Shown here: positions 51,262-61,980 of the stretch, piece by piece | Layout of the letters: every line of letters begins with the position of its first letter | Position numbering within the stretch: position 1 is the stretch's first letter | Origin: an uncultured Lentisphaerales bacterium | Lineage (GTDB): Bacteria; Verrucomicrobiota; Lentisphaeria; JABSQK01; UBA12247 | Reading direction: 5' to 3' | Assembly (NCBI GenBank): GCA_943788985.1 | Contig: CALSSJ010000022.1 | Span: forward strand, 128,001-192,000 | DNA length: 64,000 nucleotides | The notes under the pieces: model-generated | The model's database searches: none | What the model was told of the DNA's origin: nothing | What the model saw: the letters and a program-made list of their open reading frames with translations, nothing else | Program-made: the position numbers and the translations under genes

Positions 51262-52593
51262 TTACGCAGTTTTAGATGCGAAGAGCTTGCCAAGGTTCAG
51301 CGTGCCCCGGCGTTTGAGGGTATCGAGCAGAACGGCAGCGAGGATCACGAAGCCAAGCACCACTTTCTGCATGTAGCTGCCGACGCCGGTGAGGTTCATG
51401 CCATTCTGAATGACGGCGATAATGAAGGCGCCGATGAGGGTGCCAAAGATTTTGCCCTGACCGCCCATCAGGCTGGTGCCGCCGACCACAACCGCGGCAA
51501 TGACGTACAGCTCGTACATGATCCCATAGGTCGGAGCACCACTCTTCAGCTGCGAGGCAGTGATGATACCGCCCAGACCAGCAAGCGCACCGTTTAGCAG
51601 GTAAACCAGCAGGATGACACGCTTGACCGGAACCCCTGACAACCGAGCGGCCTCAAGATTTCCGCCAATGGCGTAGATGTAGCGCCCAAGCACAGTTTTA
51701 CTCATCATCACATGGGCGATGATGTAGAGCAGAATCATCAGGACCACGGAGTTGGGGATGCTGCCCAAGGCGGTGCCACGCCCAAGCCAAGCGAAAGAAT
51801 CCGGAACCTGATAGATAGACTGGCCACCGGCCATGGTGTAGGCCAGTCCGCTGGCGACCAGCATCATCGCCAGGGTCACGATAAACGGCGGGATGTTGAA
51901 GCCGGTGACCATGGCCCCAGAGAAGAGCCCCACTGCCGCCGCCAGGGCGATCGCAGCCAGACAGCAAAGAACCACGCCAAGCGTGCCAGCGGCCTCGCCA
52001 CCGGCTGCATCGCGGATCAGCCAAGTGGAGGCGACGGCTGCCAGAGCCAGTAGACTGCCGACCGACAGGTCAATGCCAGCAGTGATGATGACCAGTGTCA
52101 TCCCGATGGCCAGCACCGCAATCACCACAATCTGGTTGGCCACATTCAGCAGATTGTCCGCCTTCAGGAAGTTAGGCCAGTGATACGGCTCGGGCGAAAG
52201 CACCGGGATCTCTGAGAGTTGTGGCAGGCTGGACAACATCGGCCAGGTAGACACGGCTGGTGTGCAGGCAAGCAGGTCGACAGAGCCCTCCGTAAGCATC
52301 TGGTCGATCCTCTTCCTGGCATCCTGAGGCGAACCATGAATGATGGCGACGATCTCGCGTTTGCCCGCGAGCTGCGCTGCCAATTCCTCGGTAAAGGCGC
52401 GATCCTCGGCCCCGTCTCGCGCCAAGACTACGATCCGCTGCTGCTGAGTGGTTTGCTTCACGATCATCTTCCCGAGCTGGCGACCGCCGCTGGCACCGGT
52501 CGGATGCTGCTCATCCCAGGTGAGCCAGCTGAACAGCACCCCGAGAACGAGTAAGGCAAAAATCATGCCGTAGTCGGCAAAAAATCGTTTCAT
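51262..52593 (-). CDS. Monosaccharide ABC transporter permease (RbsC family) with a large N-terminal loop
   Basis: GIDLSVGS, IPPFIVTL, GRYIYAIGGN.EAARLSG, IAAVVVGGTSL.GG.G. Confidence 0.93.
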   Translation of the reverse strand: MKRFFADYGMIFALLVLGVLFSWLTWDEQHPTGASGGRQLGKMIVKQTTQQQRIVVLARDGAEDRAFTEELAAQLAGKREIVAIIHGSPQDARKRIDQMLTEGSVDLLACTPAVSTWPMLSSLPQLSEIPVLSPEPYHWPNFLKADNLLNVANQIVVIAVLAIGMTLVIITAGIDLSVGSLLALAAVASTWLIRDAAGGEAAGTLGVVLCCLAAIALAAAVGLFSGAMVTGFNIPPFIVTLAMMLVASGLAYTMAGGQSIYQVPDSFAWLGRGTALGSIPNSVVLMILLYIIAHVMMSKTVLGRYIYAIGGNLEAARLSGVPVKRVILLVYLLNGALAGLGGIITASQLKSGAPTYGIMYELYVIAAVVVGGTSLMGGQGKIFGTLIGAFIIAVIQNGMNLTGVGSYMQKVVLGFVILAAVLLDTLKRRGTLNLGKLFASKTA

Positions 52594-54086
52594 TGTACGG
52601 CCAGCTCCATAATCATTTGTTGGGTCGCATTGGGCATGTCGCTGATTTCGCCAGTGACCCGCCCCTCATGCATGACCAGGATTCGGTCCGCCATGCCGAG
52701 TATTTCCGGCAGCTCAGAGCTGATCATGATGATCGCCTTGCCCTGGGCCGCCAGTTCGTTCATTAAGACATAAATCTCGTATTTGGCGCCGACGTCGATG
52801 CCACGCGTGGGCTCGTCGAAGATAATTACGTCGCAGTTACGCTGCAGCCATTTGGCCAGCACTACCTTTTGCTGGTTGCCGCCGGAGAGATTGCCAGCAA
52901 GCTGTTCCTGGCTCGGGGTCTTGATCCGCAGCGACTCGACAAAACCGCCGAACGCTACCTTCTCGTTTCCTTCGGCGACAAAACCAAAGCGTGAAAAGGC
53001 ATCCAGGTTTGGCAGGGCAAAATTCTCTCGCAGCGACTGGCCGAGGATCAGCCCCTGGGCTTTGCGATCCTCGGTGAGTAGCCCGATCTCGTTGGCAATC
53101 GCCTGGCGCGGATGCTGAATGTCGAGAATCCTGCCATCCAAGGCGATGGTGCCGGAGTCCCGTTTGTCGGCCCCGAAAATCAGCCGGGCGGTCTCGGTCC
53201 GGCCCGCGCCGACCAAGCCCGCCAGAGCCAGAATCTCACCCTCCCGCACCGAGAACGAGACATCGCGCACCGCGGTGCCACGGTTCAGGCCTTCGACCAC
53301 CAGCCGTTCTTTTCCCGGCTGGGTAGCGCGTGGCGGAAATTCTTTGTCCAATTTGCGACCGACCATCATTTCGATCAGTTGTTCGCGGTTGATGTCAGCG
53401 ATCGTCGCTTCGCCCACGCCGGTTCCATCGCGCATGACCGAAACTCGATCGCAAATCTCAAAGATCTCTTCCAGCCGATGACTGACGTAAATGATGCCGA
53501 TGCCCTGCGACTTTAACTCACGCATCACGGCGAAGAGCCGCTCCACCTCTTGCGGTGTAAGCGTGGCGCTGGGCTCGTCCATAACGATGATTTTGGCCTC
53601 TACTGAGAGCGCTTTGGCAATCTCCACCACCTGCTGCTGGGCCACACTTAGGTCGCCGCAGAGAGCTTCGGGATCCACGGCCACGCCCACGCGTTTGAAC
53701 AGCGCCAAGGCGGCGTCATGCTCTCGCTGGCGCGAGAAGCAGCCGAAGCGCGTCTTCTCCTGACCGAGGAAGATATTCTCGCGAGCGGTCAGCTGCGGCA
53801 CCAGATTAAACTCTTGGTAGATGATCCCGACGCCAGCATTGCGGCCATCGACCGGGCTGTTGATCTGCCGCACCTCACCATCAAATGCAAGCGTTCCTTG
53901 ATCAGGAAGATGAGCGCCACCAAGCACCTTGATGAGCGTGCTCTTGCCAGCGCCGTTTTCTCCCACCAGTGCCAGCACCTCGCCCGCATGCAGGGCCAAA
54001 TCCACACTCCTCAGCGCTTTCACGCCGGGGAAGGATTTGGTGATGCCCTGCATCGACAGGAGCGGTGCTGCCATGGTGGACTCCAT
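52590..54086 (-). CDS. Monosaccharide ABC transporter ATP-binding protein (RbsA family)
   Basis: GENGAGKSTL, DEPSATL, LSGGNQQKV, DEPTRGIDVGAK. Confidence 0.95.
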   Translation of the reverse strand: MESTMAAPLLSMQGITKSFPGVKALRSVDLALHAGEVLALVGENGAGKSTLIKVLGGAHLPDQGTLAFDGEVRQINSPVDGRNAGVGIIYQEFNLVPQLTARENIFLGQEKTRFGCFSRQREHDAALALFKRVGVAVDPEALCGDLSVAQQQVVEIAKALSVEAKIIVMDEPSATLTPQEVERLFAVMRELKSQGIGIIYVSHRLEEIFEICDRVSVMRDGTGVGEATIADINREQLIEMMVGRKLDKEFPPRATQPGKERLVVEGLNRGTAVRDVSFSVREGEILALAGLVGAGRTETARLIFGADKRDSGTIALDGRILDIQHPRQAIANEIGLLTEDRKAQGLILGQSLRENFALPNLDAFSRFGFVAEGNEKVAFGGFVESLRIKTPSQEQLAGNLSGGNQQKVVLAKWLQRNCDVIIFDEPTRGIDVGAKYEIYVLMNELAAQGKAIIMISSELPEILGMADRILVMHEGRVTGEISDMPNATQQMIMELAVQ

Positions 54087-54097
54087 CGCTGTGGGTT

Positions 54098-55081
54098 CTA
54101 TTTCGCTGCGTCCGCAGCAGCATCGGCCTGGCGATAGAGTGCGGTTGGGATCAGGTACTCGGCCGGGCAGTCTTCGCCGTTCATGTACTTGACGATGAGC
54201 TTGACGGTCTCGGCACCGATCTGGTCTGGGAACTGAACCGGATCGGCATAGATCTTGCCAGCGGCAATGGCTTTCTTGCCTTCAGGTTGGCCATCAAACC
54301 CGACAATCTTGACTTGCTTCAGCTTGCCAGCATTCTCTAGCGCGGCTACCGCGCCCAAGGCCGAAGGATCGTTGATCGCGAAGATGCCTGCGAGGTCCGC
54401 ATGCGCCTGAATGATGTCCTGGGTGACCTTGAAGCTCTTAGCCTTGTCGCCGCCGCCCGGCAGTATGGTGACTACCGTGATATCACAATCTGCAGCCTTG
54501 TTCAGCTCCGCCAGCTTCTCTTGAAACCCCTTGGTCCGGAGTAGCACCGATTCCACTTCCGGGAAGTCTAGGATCGCCACCTTGCCGCGTCCTCCCAGTG
54601 CCTCGACCATGGCTTTCGCCGCCATTCTGCCACCGAGGTAATTGTCGGTCGCCACGTGCGAGACGACCTTGGCACCAGCGGCCGTGCAGGCAATGTCAGC
54701 GGTGAACACCGGAATGCCAGCCGCATTAGCTTCCTGGATTGCCGGGCCAATCGCCTTCGAATCACACGGGCAGAGGACAATCGCCGAGACTTTCTTGACG
54801 ATGAAGTCCTTGATCTGGTTCTGCTGGCGAGCCACATCGAAATCACCACTGACGGCGAGGAGCTCGAAGCCACTCTTCTTGGCTTCGGCCTCCATGCTGT
54901 CGACGATCTCCTTAAAGAACGGATTGTTCATGGTCAGCACGGATACCGCGATAATTGGAGTCGCTTTGCTGCTGGAAGTCGCTGGTGCCGTTGAGCTGGT
55001 TGCAGGGCCCTTCTTACCACAGCCGCAGATTGCGCCTATGAGAGTTGTCGCCAGCATGAGGTTCCACATTGTCTTCTTCAT
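54098..55081 (-). CDS. Sugar ABC transporter substrate-binding lipoprotein (RbsB family)
   Basis: Lipobox ICGC; NNPFF, GIPVFTADI, ATDNYLGG, FAINDPSALG, VGFDG. Confidence 0.93.
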   Translation of the reverse strand: MKKTMWNLMLATTLIGAICGCGKKGPATSSTAPATSSSKATPIIAVSVLTMNNPFFKEIVDSMEAEAKKSGFELLAVSGDFDVARQQNQIKDFIVKKVSAIVLCPCDSKAIGPAIQEANAAGIPVFTADIACTAAGAKVVSHVATDNYLGGRMAAKAMVEALGGRGKVAILDFPEVESVLLRTKGFQEKLAELNKAADCDITVVTILPGGGDKAKSFKVTQDIIQAHADLAGIFAINDPSALGAVAALENAGKLKQVKIVGFDGQPEGKKAIAAGKIYADPVQFPDQIGAETVKLIVKYMNGEDCPAEYLIPTALYRQADAAADAAK

Positions 55082-55989
55082 CGTTCATCTCCATTCTCGG
55101 TTTTTGGTGGTAAGGGCGGCACAGCTCCAAGCTGCGTGCATACGTGAGAAGCGACCGTGTTCGCGTGTCGGTTTATGTCCTCCAGAGTGTTTCCATTGAG
55201 ATAGCCTGTAACGACCGCTGCAGTGAATGAGTCACCAGCCCCGACCGTGCTGGCCAGAACGGTTGGGGGCGGGGCGGCCGCGAAATTCGCATCATCCGGC
55301 GTCACAATCCAGGCACCTTTCGAGCCACAGGTGAGAACAGCCAGCTTCATGTCATGGGCCCGCACAATCGCCTTCAACTGCTCACTGTCGGTGCCAGGAA
55401 TCCCCAGCATCGCTGCCAGGATTGGCAACTCTTCGTCGTTTACCTTCAAGGCATTGGCACGCTTGAGCGAGTCGAGGATGACCGCATCAGAGTAATAGGT
55501 TTGGCGAAGATTGATGTCAAACATGCGCAGGCAGTCCGGCCGGGTCGCATCGAGAAACCTGCCGATCGCGTCTCTGGATGCGTCGCTGCGTTGCGACAGA
55601 CTGCCAAAGCAGACCGCATCAAGTCGGGGGGCAAGCCCTGCCAGTTCAGCTGTAAACGAGATGGCGTCCCAGGCCACATGCTGCTTAATCTCATACTCCG
55701 GCTGGCCACCGTGCCCCAGCGTCACCTGCACCCTTCCAGTCTGTAGGGATGCCGCGACCAGCAGTCCGCTGCAATCGACCCCGTGCTGCTGGAGAAAGTC
55801 GCGCCCGGCGGCTCCGAGCGCGTCATCTCCCACGCAACTCACTACATACGCATGCGCCCCTAGGATGCCGCAATGGCAGGCAAAATTGGCCGGCGCGCCG
55901 CCCAAAGTCTTGTCATCTCCATGAATGTCCCACAGGACCTCACCGATGCCAGCGACTTTAAACATTTTGTTTATTACCACAGCTTTCAC
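55078..55989 (-). CDS. PfkB family carbohydrate kinase (fructokinase-like)
   Basis: GIGEVLWD, GGAPANFA, FDINLR, KVNDEE, TVGAGDSFTA; alternative ATG start at 55965. Confidence 0.9.
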   Translation of the reverse strand: MKAVVINKMFKVAGIGEVLWDIHGDDKTLGGAPANFACHCGILGAHAYVVSCVGDDALGAAGRDFLQQHGVDCSGLLVAASLQTGRVQVTLGHGGQPEYEIKQHVAWDAISFTAELAGLAPRLDAVCFGSLSQRSDASRDAIGRFLDATRPDCLRMFDINLRQTYYSDAVILDSLKRANALKVNDEELPILAAMLGIPGTDSEQLKAIVRAHDMKLAVLTCGSKGAWIVTPDDANFAAAPPPTVLASTVGAGDSFTAAVVTGYLNGNTLEDINRHANTVASHVCTQLGAVPPLPPKTENGDER

Positions 55990-56008
55990 CTACTTACACG
56001 ACTATTCC

Positions 56009-56025
56009 GCTGTTACGGTAACGGC
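56009..56025. promoter_or_regulatory. Candidate operator palindrome in the divergent promoter region
   Basis: GCTGTTACGGTAACGGC near-palindrome just upstream of the kinase gene. Confidence 0.45.
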
Positions 56026-56160
56026 ACCCGCCAGTGGCTTCAAGAGTAAAGCTATGTAAATGTTATCTCATTTGTATTTCGTCCTAGGTGCGACAGCGGG
56101 CGTTGGATTAGATTGTAAATTCCCTCTTGCCTCAGTTAACATTAAGGTTACATTTTGGCC

Positions 56161-57258
56161 ATGGAGAAACGAACAAATAGAATGCTGGAGATATACACCT
56201 TCCTCAAGCAGGCAATTGCCGAGGGGGTCTATGTCGAGGATGATCTGCTGCCCACAGATCTGCAATTGGCGGAGCAATTCGGTGTCAGTCGCCCGACAGT
56301 CGCCAGAGCGGTCAAGAAGCTCCAGGCGGAAGGGCAGGTCGGCCGGAAGCCAGGCTATGGCACCTACATTATCCCCCAGCCATTAGCCGAACCAAGCAGC
56401 GCAGAGCGCGTCTTCGGCTTACTTATTCCTGCCCTCGGCGAAACGGAGATTTTTGAACCGATCTGCGGTCAGATCGCCAATCTTGCGGACTCGCACCACT
56501 TCAGCCTGCTCTGGGGCGGCGGCGGTACCCTGCATGATCGCGGATTGGGAAATGCCCTGCAATTAGCCGAGAAGTATGTGGCCCAGAAAATCGATGGGGT
56601 GTTCTTCGCACCATTGGAACTAATCCCAGAAGCCGCCGAGCAGAATGCCCGGATTGTCGCCATGTTCACCGCGGCATCCATCCCCGTGGTTCTCCTCGAC
56701 AGCGATATCGTCCCGCCGCCGCTACGTAGCGCCCACGACCTGATCGGTATCAACAACATCAATGCCGGTTTTACCCTAGCTCGGCATCTGATTGACCGCG
56801 GCTGCCAATCGATCGGCTTTATAACCAGACCGAATATTGCCGGCACTGTCCATATGCGCTTGATCGGGGCTCGCGAAGCGGTCCTGCAGGCTGAGCTCCC
56901 CCATGACAGCCTCAGCGTGATCGAGATCGACACCGCCGTCGAAGCATTCGCGATCGGCACCACGTGGGACGCCTTGGACGGCCTGATTTGCTACAACGAC
57001 GCGCTTGCGGCGCCGTTGCTCGTCGAACTAGACAAGCATGGCGTAAATATTCCCCGTGACCTCAAGATCTGCGCCTTCGACGATGTCAAATACGCCAATC
57101 TGATCAAGATCCCGCTGACCACCTACCGGCAGCCCTGCCGGGACATCGGCACGGGCGCTGTCGACGCCATGCTCGCGCGCATCCGCCAGCCCGACGCCGT
57201 TGCCCGAATGCTCCAGCTCCAGGGCGAGCTCATCGTCCGCACCTCCACCGAACAGTAG
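56161..57258 (+). CDS. GntR-HTH / LacI-type sugar-binding transcriptional regulator (AraR-like)
   Basis: LPTDLQLAEQFGVSRPTVARA..G.GTY; C-terminal ICYND, AFDD, PLTTYRQP. Confidence 0.92.
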   Translation: MEKRTNRMLEIYTFLKQAIAEGVYVEDDLLPTDLQLAEQFGVSRPTVARAVKKLQAEGQVGRKPGYGTYIIPQPLAEPSSAERVFGLLIPALGETEIFEPICGQIANLADSHHFSLLWGGGGTLHDRGLGNALQLAEKYVAQKIDGVFFAPLELIPEAAEQNARIVAMFTAASIPVVLLDSDIVPPPLRSAHDLIGINNINAGFTLARHLIDRGCQSIGFITRPNIAGTVHMRLIGAREAVLQAELPHDSLSVIEIDTAVEAFAIGTTWDALDGLICYNDALAAPLLVELDKHGVNIPRDLKICAFDDVKYANLIKIPLTTYRQPCRDIGTGAVDAMLARIRQPDAVARMLQLQGELIVRTSTEQ

Positions 57259-57280
57259 ACGCGGGCTTATTAGCCTGGGC

Positions 57281-58807
57281 TTACTCAGCGCCTTCTTCAG
57301 TGGCCTCTTGGTCTGTGCCGCCGTGATAGCAAGCTTCATGGGCATCAGCACGCTTCTTGAAAAAGCGGCGTAACCCGAAATTCAACAACACGGCCAGGAA
57401 GATGCCCGGAACTGCCAAGTGGTAGACAATGTTCGCGACTAGGCCCGTGGCTAAAATGGCAATGATCGGCGCTATGCACCAGCAGGCGATGACCCAGACT
57501 GCGCGGCCGAGTTTCAGGTCTGCATGTCCGCCGGTGTAGACGCAGTCTGCCGCGCCTGTTCCCAACACGGCGGCGAAGGCGACGTAGGTCGTCGAGACCG
57601 GCATCCCTCGCCCGGAGGCAAAGGCAATGACGCTGGCACTGACGGCGGTAATGACCGAGGCCCGCAGGGCGTCGTAGTGAATCTTTTTGCCTGAATCTGT
57701 GACATCTGCCGTCGGTGCCAGACTCTCGTGCTTCGGACCAAAGCGCAGCAGAACGCCGGCCAGCCGTCGGCACCAGTTCGGCGCGTAGAGGGCCACATGC
57801 TCAAACTGGCTGCCGGTATTTACTTCGGCCCGCGTCACTCGTTGGGCGTAGGAGCTGAACATACCAGAGGCCATGAGGATCCCGCAGCCGGTGAGCGCCC
57901 AAATCGGGATCGGAATCTTTGAGGCCAAGTCTGCGAGATCGCCCAGCTCCGAACCACTTTGCCACAGATTCAGCGCCGCAAGTCCGGGCGAAGCCGCATT
58001 GGCTAGATCATTTTGGCCGAAGGCGAAGGCCATACAGATCATCCCCAGTATTGCCATCACCGAGAACAGCTTGTCGATCCCGCGTCGGTGATTGAACACC
58101 AGAATCATGTGCACGATAAAGGTGAAGCCTGCCCACATGAGGAGCAGTACCAAGCCTACGCCGTATTCTTCGAAGAACCCGCTGCGGATACTCTTGACAA
58201 ACGCCACGTTCTTCATCCCTTTGAAGATCATAAACCAGCCAAGGCAGGTCAAGATCGCGCCACATATCCAGGGGCCATGCAACAAAAGCGTGTCGCGGTC
58301 TCGATATTTGGTCTGAATTGCCCCACGAAAAACCCGCATGACCATAAAGGAGGCGACCCCCGAAACTGCGATGGAGACGAAGATTGCGGTGGTGACTGAA
58401 CCGACCTTGGGCCAGTTTACATTGTCGAAGCCAGCCAGAAACATCGCAGCTCCCACCAGCTCAAACACCAGGCAGGCGGTGGTGCTAACCGGCATGCCAA
58501 AGGCCGAAAACGTATAGAGCAGCAGCGTATCCACAAAGTAGACACTGATGTAGATCGCCAGGGCCATTTGCACGGTCAGTAAGGTTGGATCGAAGATCCC
58601 CTTCCGTGCAGTTTCCATCACTGGTGCGGCAAATGTAGCCCCGAGAATTACGGCTGCGCCGGCCAAATAAACCGCCTTGCGCCGCTCCATCACTCGGGCA
58701 CCAAAAACTGCGTTCACCAAGTTGGCCGCATCATTTCTGCCCACCTCGATACAGTCCCAGATCAAAAAGGCCAAGCCGACTATTACTGCGATCAGTAGGA
58801 AGTTCAT
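57281..58807 (-). CDS. Inorganic phosphate transporter (PiT/PHO4 family)
   Basis: GRNDAAN and GQNDLAN signatures, PVSTT twice, many TM segments. Confidence 0.85.
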   Translation of the reverse strand: MNFLLIAVIVGLAFLIWDCIEVGRNDAANLVNAVFGARVMERRKAVYLAGAAVILGATFAAPVMETARKGIFDPTLLTVQMALAIYISVYFVDTLLLYTFSAFGMPVSTTACLVFELVGAAMFLAGFDNVNWPKVGSVTTAIFVSIAVSGVASFMVMRVFRGAIQTKYRDRDTLLLHGPWICGAILTCLGWFMIFKGMKNVAFVKSIRSGFFEEYGVGLVLLLMWAGFTFIVHMILVFNHRRGIDKLFSVMAILGMICMAFAFGQNDLANAASPGLAALNLWQSGSELGDLADLASKIPIPIWALTGCGILMASGMFSSYAQRVTRAEVNTGSQFEHVALYAPNWCRRLAGVLLRFGPKHESLAPTADVTDSGKKIHYDALRASVITAVSASVIAFASGRGMPVSTTYVAFAAVLGTGAADCVYTGGHADLKLGRAVWVIACWCIAPIIAILATGLVANIVYHLAVPGIFLAVLLNFGLRRFFKKRADAHEACYHGGTDQEATEEGAE

Positions 58808-59325
58808 CTTACAGGCTCCAGGCGACGTTGTTGGTGGCATCAGGAAAACGGAAATTGCAGACAAGCTGATTCATGGGGGCAATCCTATCCAAGTGTTCAG
58901 CTGTTCTAGAAGCTGATTTGCGGAGCTATACCAAGGCTGATTACGAGGAAATCAGGCCTGAGAGGGAATTGTGCGTGAAAAGGTCTCCCGCTGCGCAGAA
59001 TTTACTAGCAGCGAACACACGACAATGTGGTGAGCGCACTGCGAAGGAAGGACGCCACTCCCGTAGCTGACACGAACGAGGCCCAGTCACTCCCTCCAAG
59101 GGGCTACCAGCCCAAGATGTCGTCTTCGGCATATGATCCGCCAGCGCGTCGATCGGGACGACAGCTCATGAGTTCGAACCTGTCATCTTCAGACCATGGC
59201 CGGTATATGCTGCCCCATCGATCTAATAAATCAGTGCTTTTTGCGAGGTAAGGCCCGTGCCAGTCCTCTACATCGGAGCCGCGGAGCAAGTCTTGATGCG
59301 ATTCCGGGTACTTGCCAGTATCTAG

Positions 59326-61536
59326 CCCGACTTCCGCACCTAGGATCGTAAGTCCCTGATATGAGGGAGATAAGAAAAAAGGCACTACAAAGTCGCGAGT
59401 TCCTCTCGTGTCATTTTGGCGTGATAATCACCTTGCTCTGCGGCAAGGCGGTCGTGTCGATGTCGAAGTGGCGATAGATCTGCGCCTGCGATGCCTCAGG
59501 AAGCCCTGGCTTGCGAATGCGATGAACAGTGCCGTCGACAGTCGGAACGATCAGTGTCGCGTAGCTATGCGCTGCAAGACGCAGCGTACCGTGTGCCAGC
59601 CGCGGGTGTCTCCGCGCTGGCGTAAGGTGTACAGGATGTGCGTCAGTACGTGTAGGCAAGCACGGTGATGAAAATGTGCCCGTCCACGCGATCTTCGATC
59701 TGATGGAAGTTCGGGCGCAGGCCTAAGTCGGTTTTTAGTAGCCGAAAACCCTCTTCGGCCAAGACTAAGGTGATGTATAGCTGCCAAAGTTGCTCGGCAG
59801 GCAGATCCTGCTGATCGGTGCGTAGCACGTAGCAGCCCATAACCAACTGACTGTCAGCAAAAAGTTGGTCTTTGCGGGTGTAGTGCAAGACGCCCGAAGG
59901 CTCGCCTTTCGCAGGTTTCTTGGCTGCCTGAAAGTCGATGTCGTAGAATCTGACTACTCGCGAGTTGTTGCTGCGCAGCCGACCGATGGCTTCATGAATC
60001 TTGGAAACCTTCTTGATTTGACCCTTGGCGATGCGAGTGGCGAGCTTCTGCAGGCGCTCAAGGAGTTTCTCCTCGGCCTTGCTGATCATAGCACGTTCTT
60101 TGTCACCGCGAGTGTCGCTTTTACACAAGACCAAGCGCTCAGTAATGGTCTCTGGTGCGTTTTCGCTGTCGCTGGCCTCGCTGGGGTCGTCGCTGGCTTC
60201 TTCGGTGAAAGTGTGGATCGATGGCTTTAACCAGAACTGGGGCTCGCGCTCGGCCGTTTTTCTCGCGACCGGGCACTGCCTCAAAGCCGCTGTCGTCGCG
60301 AAAATGATCGGCGTAGACCTCTCGCTGTTGCCGACTGGCATTGACGAGGTAACTAAAGCCTTCTTCACGCAGTCGGCGCAGGTTGTCTTTGGTCGCGATG
60401 CCCGCATCGACGACGACAATGGGCTTGGCCGTCGGCCAAACTCCTGATCGCTATCGGTGAGCTTTTTGAGGGTGTTTACCAAGAACGCGAGCGTGGTCGA
60501 GTCCTGGGTGTTACCGCTGAAGGTCTGGTGCGCCAGTTCGAAGCCAAATTCGTCGAAGACCATGCCGACAAACAACCTGTGGACAGTCGTTGCGCTTCTG
60601 CTTGTTCTTGCCGCGCTTGGCCTTGGGATTGTTGGCGCAGACACCCTCGAAGTGCGTATTTGTCAGGTCGTAGAGGATGATAGTGCGCTGGAGGTTGAAG
60701 CGTTCTTTTTGGGCGTGTCGCAGGTGGGCTTCGATCTTGTCTTTGGCCGCCAGGAGCTTGTCGCTGATGCGATAGTAGCGGTCATCGGCAAAGTTCAGGA
60801 TGTCGCTGCCGAGCAGGTCGGAGAGGGAACTGGTGGTCAGCCAGGTTTGCATGAAATGCTCGCTGCAGGGGGCCCACGAGTCGGTTAACGACACTGACCG
60901 CGGCGGCGTCACATTGTGCTTGGTTGAAGCCGAGCGTCTCCAGCAGACCGGGCATATTCAGCTGCTTCCAGGCGTGCAAGGCCAGAAGCTCGGGGCCCAA
61001 GGTGGTGCTGTGGGTGTGGTCGATTTTGTCGGACAACACGCCATCAATCGCCTCCGAGCTGGTGTTGTCTTGATGGGCGCGGCGTTTGCGCCCGGGGGTC
61101 CATGTTCCATTATGCTGGACAGTGTTGACGATACGATCGACCCAATAGGCGGCCTCTAGCGTCAGTGGGCGTTCAAGCAGTTCTGGTTCGTGATACAGGC
61201 GGGTTTCGACGACTTTGGGCGACGTCGCGGCGAATGTCCTCGTTGATTTTGGCCTGCCCCAGTGACAGAATGAGCTGCTCTGCCTCGCCTGGCCCTCGTC
61301 ATTGCGAAAGGACTCAACCAACTGAGTGACGGTGCCGGAAGGCGATTTTTTTGTGCGGAAGAACATTACGTAATCTAACTGACTTGCCACAAAAAGTAAG
61401 GCGCCTCATATCACTTCATAGGCACTACAAGCTGGCCTTGCGACAACGCGCAGGCAAGGGGGCTTGCGAAAAACGCCGACATTCGCCGGAAATTTTCCAG
61501 ATATAGGACATAAAGAGTCAAAGGGCGAAAGTCGGG
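59326..61536 (-). mobile_element. IS1634-family insertion sequence (2211 bp)
   Basis: Imperfect terminal IRs CCCGACTTCCGCACCT and CCCGACTTTCGCCCTT; CTAG direct repeats at 59322-59325 and 61537-61540; DDE transposase inside. Confidence 0.9.
59411..61366 (-). pseudogene. IS1634-family transposase, split by several frameshifts
   Basis: Fragments MFFRTKKS..QLVESFR, LYDLTNTHFEG..RGKNKQKRND, FSGNTQDSTT, AEEGFRLLKTDLGLRPNFHQ..RVDGHIFITVLAY. Confidence 0.88.
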
Positions 61537-61849
61537 CTAGATAGAGGGAGTCGATCTTTCGTTGAATAATCTTGACTTCGTTCCTTGCCACTGGCCATTG
61601 TGATGGGTGAAAATGGGAATCAGTCTGGAGCTTGGGAACCACGATTCCAATCAAGAGCCCCATGATAACGATCACGACCATGAGTTCGACCAGCGAAAAA
61701 TAGTGCCGGTCACTTATTGTCACCTGCGTGGCCCTCCCTTCGGTTCGTGCTTTTATCCGCAGTTTGCACACGCTGGTGCATGGGAGTTCAAGCGCTGGCG
61801 TCTGTTTGCTCGCGGCATCATCCGTTCCGAGGCGCAGAAAGAACGTCAC

Positions 61850-61960
61850 TGCCTTCTGGTACCCCGCCGGGGCACTGGGTGACGAGGCCCGATACAGGTG
61901 GTGGAACCACCGGATAGATCCAACCAGTTTTTACGCCTTGAAAGGGCGACAGAAACGCGG
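61850..61960. repeat. Degenerate REP-like element downstream of rapA
   Basis: Short hairpins CCCCGCCGGGG, GGTGGTGGAACCACC and CGCCTTGAAAGGGCG, resembling the 49.3-kb element. Confidence 0.45.
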
Positions 61961-61980
61961 CGTAGACGGATCCACCGAGC

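Larger units (their letters stand above)
59104..61723 (-). pseudogene. GspG-like type II secretion major pseudopilin interrupted by an IS
   Basis: 5' part (GTG 61723, GGAGG RBS) FSLVELMVVIVIMGLL..KIDSLYL; 3' part DTGKYP..WHGPYL..DRWGSIY..DDI. Removing the IS and one CTAG restores the frame. Confidence 0.85.
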
